Source: Zygnema circumcarinatum SAG 698-1b (lineage: Eukaryota; Plantae; Zygnematophyceae). Taken from it: DNA of 64,000 bases. Position 1 is the first letter of the stretch. Each line of letters begins with the position of its first letter. The position numbers and the translations under genes were made by a program. Positions 62,801-64,000 of the stretch are shown here, piece by piece. Location of the stretch: NCBI GenBank assembly GCA_037447605.1, contig CM074816.1:635873-699872 (forward strand), in the 5' to 3' direction. The notes under the pieces are model-generated. The model was not told the origin of the DNA, did not search any database, and saw nothing but the letters and a program-made list of their open reading frames with translations.

Positions 62801-63298
62801 TATTTGCAGGCTGAAGGTTGCGTAGGGTCGTGAAGGAGTGAGAAACTTTGCAGACAGCACAAGCAAATATTTTCAGTGGCTATGACACAAGGAAGACTTG
62901 AACGGGTTCTGTTGGAAAGTTCCTCTCTCTCTCTCTCTCTCTCTAACGCGCCACCCTTATTGTCATCAGGTACTTCAACAACAACAAATTGACTGGCTCC
63001 ATAACTCTTGCGAGCGATTACCTTCAGGACCTAGAGATCCAAGACAACTACTTCTCTGGGCCAATCAACATTACAAAGAATGGGCAACCTTATTGCTCCT
63101 CCAACTATGCCAACAACTGCATTTATCGCGATATCGTAGGATGTGGCGCAGCTGAAGGGGAGAGATCTCCGCAAGAGTGCGCGGCCTTCTGCCATAGCGG
63201 TTCTCCTGTGGGAGCGTGCGGGGGCCGCGGCACGTGCGGGTACGATACGGCCACGTGCACATGCGACAAGGGATATGCGCTGACATCGGGCACGTGCG
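59804..63298 (+). CDS. Signal peptide-LRRNT-LRRx~8-EGF protein, 5' part; continues beyond the window (start could be 59804, 59861 or 59960)
   Basis: Exons ..60062 (SLAAAVLLFAAAAA signal), 60187-60316 (DALLAVK..LSSW..DCSNWIGIAC), 72-bp LRR exons 60660-60731, 60864-60935, 61061-61132, 61262-61333, 61456-61527, 62327-62398, and 62970-63298 (LRRs + NNC..ECAAFC..GACGGRGTC..CTCDKGY..C) ending on a phase-1 donor. Confidence 0.88.
60595..61535 (+). repeat. Tandem array of five ~200-bp intron+LRR-exon units
   Basis: Periods 204, 197, 201, 194 bp; introns share gtaagtatttttc..taaat.tga..gtgatagaaatgctagt..cagtgcc..ttttggcag. Confidence 0.95.
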
Positions 63299-64000
63299 GT
63301 GAGCTGCAACCTGCTGCTTGTAGATACTCGCAAGAAATGAAAAGTAATGGGTGGGAGAAGTTTTGGAAACTATCGCATTGCTATCAACTTTTACGCAGTC
63401 TTGCTGTCAAAGCACACTTAATGCGATCCATGTGATTCAGCCAATAGTAGAGGTTCACTTCTCGAAATTCTAGAAGTATATCGCAAATATTACTTGGTGA
63501 ACTCTGCAAGCTCATTCAGAACATGGTGTAGGGTTTACTAGGATGTATCAAGAGTGCCGCTTCGATATCATGTTTGAAGCTTTTGATAACCTTTTCGACC
63601 CATCCAAATCGCGTGCAAGCTACAACATATCTCGGCTCCATTTGCAATAGCTAGACAACCTGCGAGTTTGACTGTTGCGGATCTGGATGTAAAACAGCGT
63701 TTGGAAGACGCGGTGGGAGGCTCTCACTCCTCCCTTCCCTCTGCAATGTCGGAGTTTAAGTCTTTTCTTAAGCAAATTGAGCAAAGCTTTGGCGACTGCA
63801 CGAAGGTGCTCTTGTCGTCGTCTTATTTTTGGAGAGATCACATGTTTGTTGAAATCGAATGAAGGTGCTGGTGGTGCTAAAGGTGGTGGTTGTTTCAAAT
63901 GACAGTCAGTTGATACACTGCTCCACTTGGCTTTTCTTTGTCAATCGTTCTCCTTGTTCGCTCACTGTCTCTTTCTCCTTTCCCCTCGTTCTCCCGTGCG

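Overview
Eukaryotic, intron-rich green-lineage DNA (spliceosomal GT-AG introns, plant-type genes). It is probably a streptophyte alga or other non-flowering plant; that is an inference. The draft assembly has 10-N gaps, several flanked by redundant overlaps. Exons were spliced by hand. Contents: (1) a 5'-truncated LRR receptor-like kinase with >20 single-LRR exons, a Cys-rich/SEA-like juxtamembrane region and an RD kinase (1-13618, +); (2) a nest of 5'-truncated RLE-type (CRE-like) non-LTR retrotransposon copies among GTAC-rich DNA (14.5-22.6 kb); (3) the main finding, a 28-exon, ~1741-aa predicted secreted protein with no TM: signal peptide - NIDO - legume lectin - Pro-rich - legume lectin - Pro-rich - LRRNT + ~8 LRR - EGF - papain (C1A) protease with intact Cys/His/Asn - 2 EGF - 3-4 Cys-type LysM (23220-41668, +), whose exon phases all close in frame; (4) peroxisomal pseudouridine kinase and ATP-phosphofructokinase (-); (5) adjacent EXO84 and D-ribulose kinase gene fragments next to a CATGG minisatellite; (6) the 5' part of a related SP-LRR-EGF gene with a young tandem array of ~200-bp exon+intron units whose ligand-facing residues are hypervariable (59.8 kb to window end). 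The locus looks like an exon-shuffled extracellular recognition/defence toolkit.
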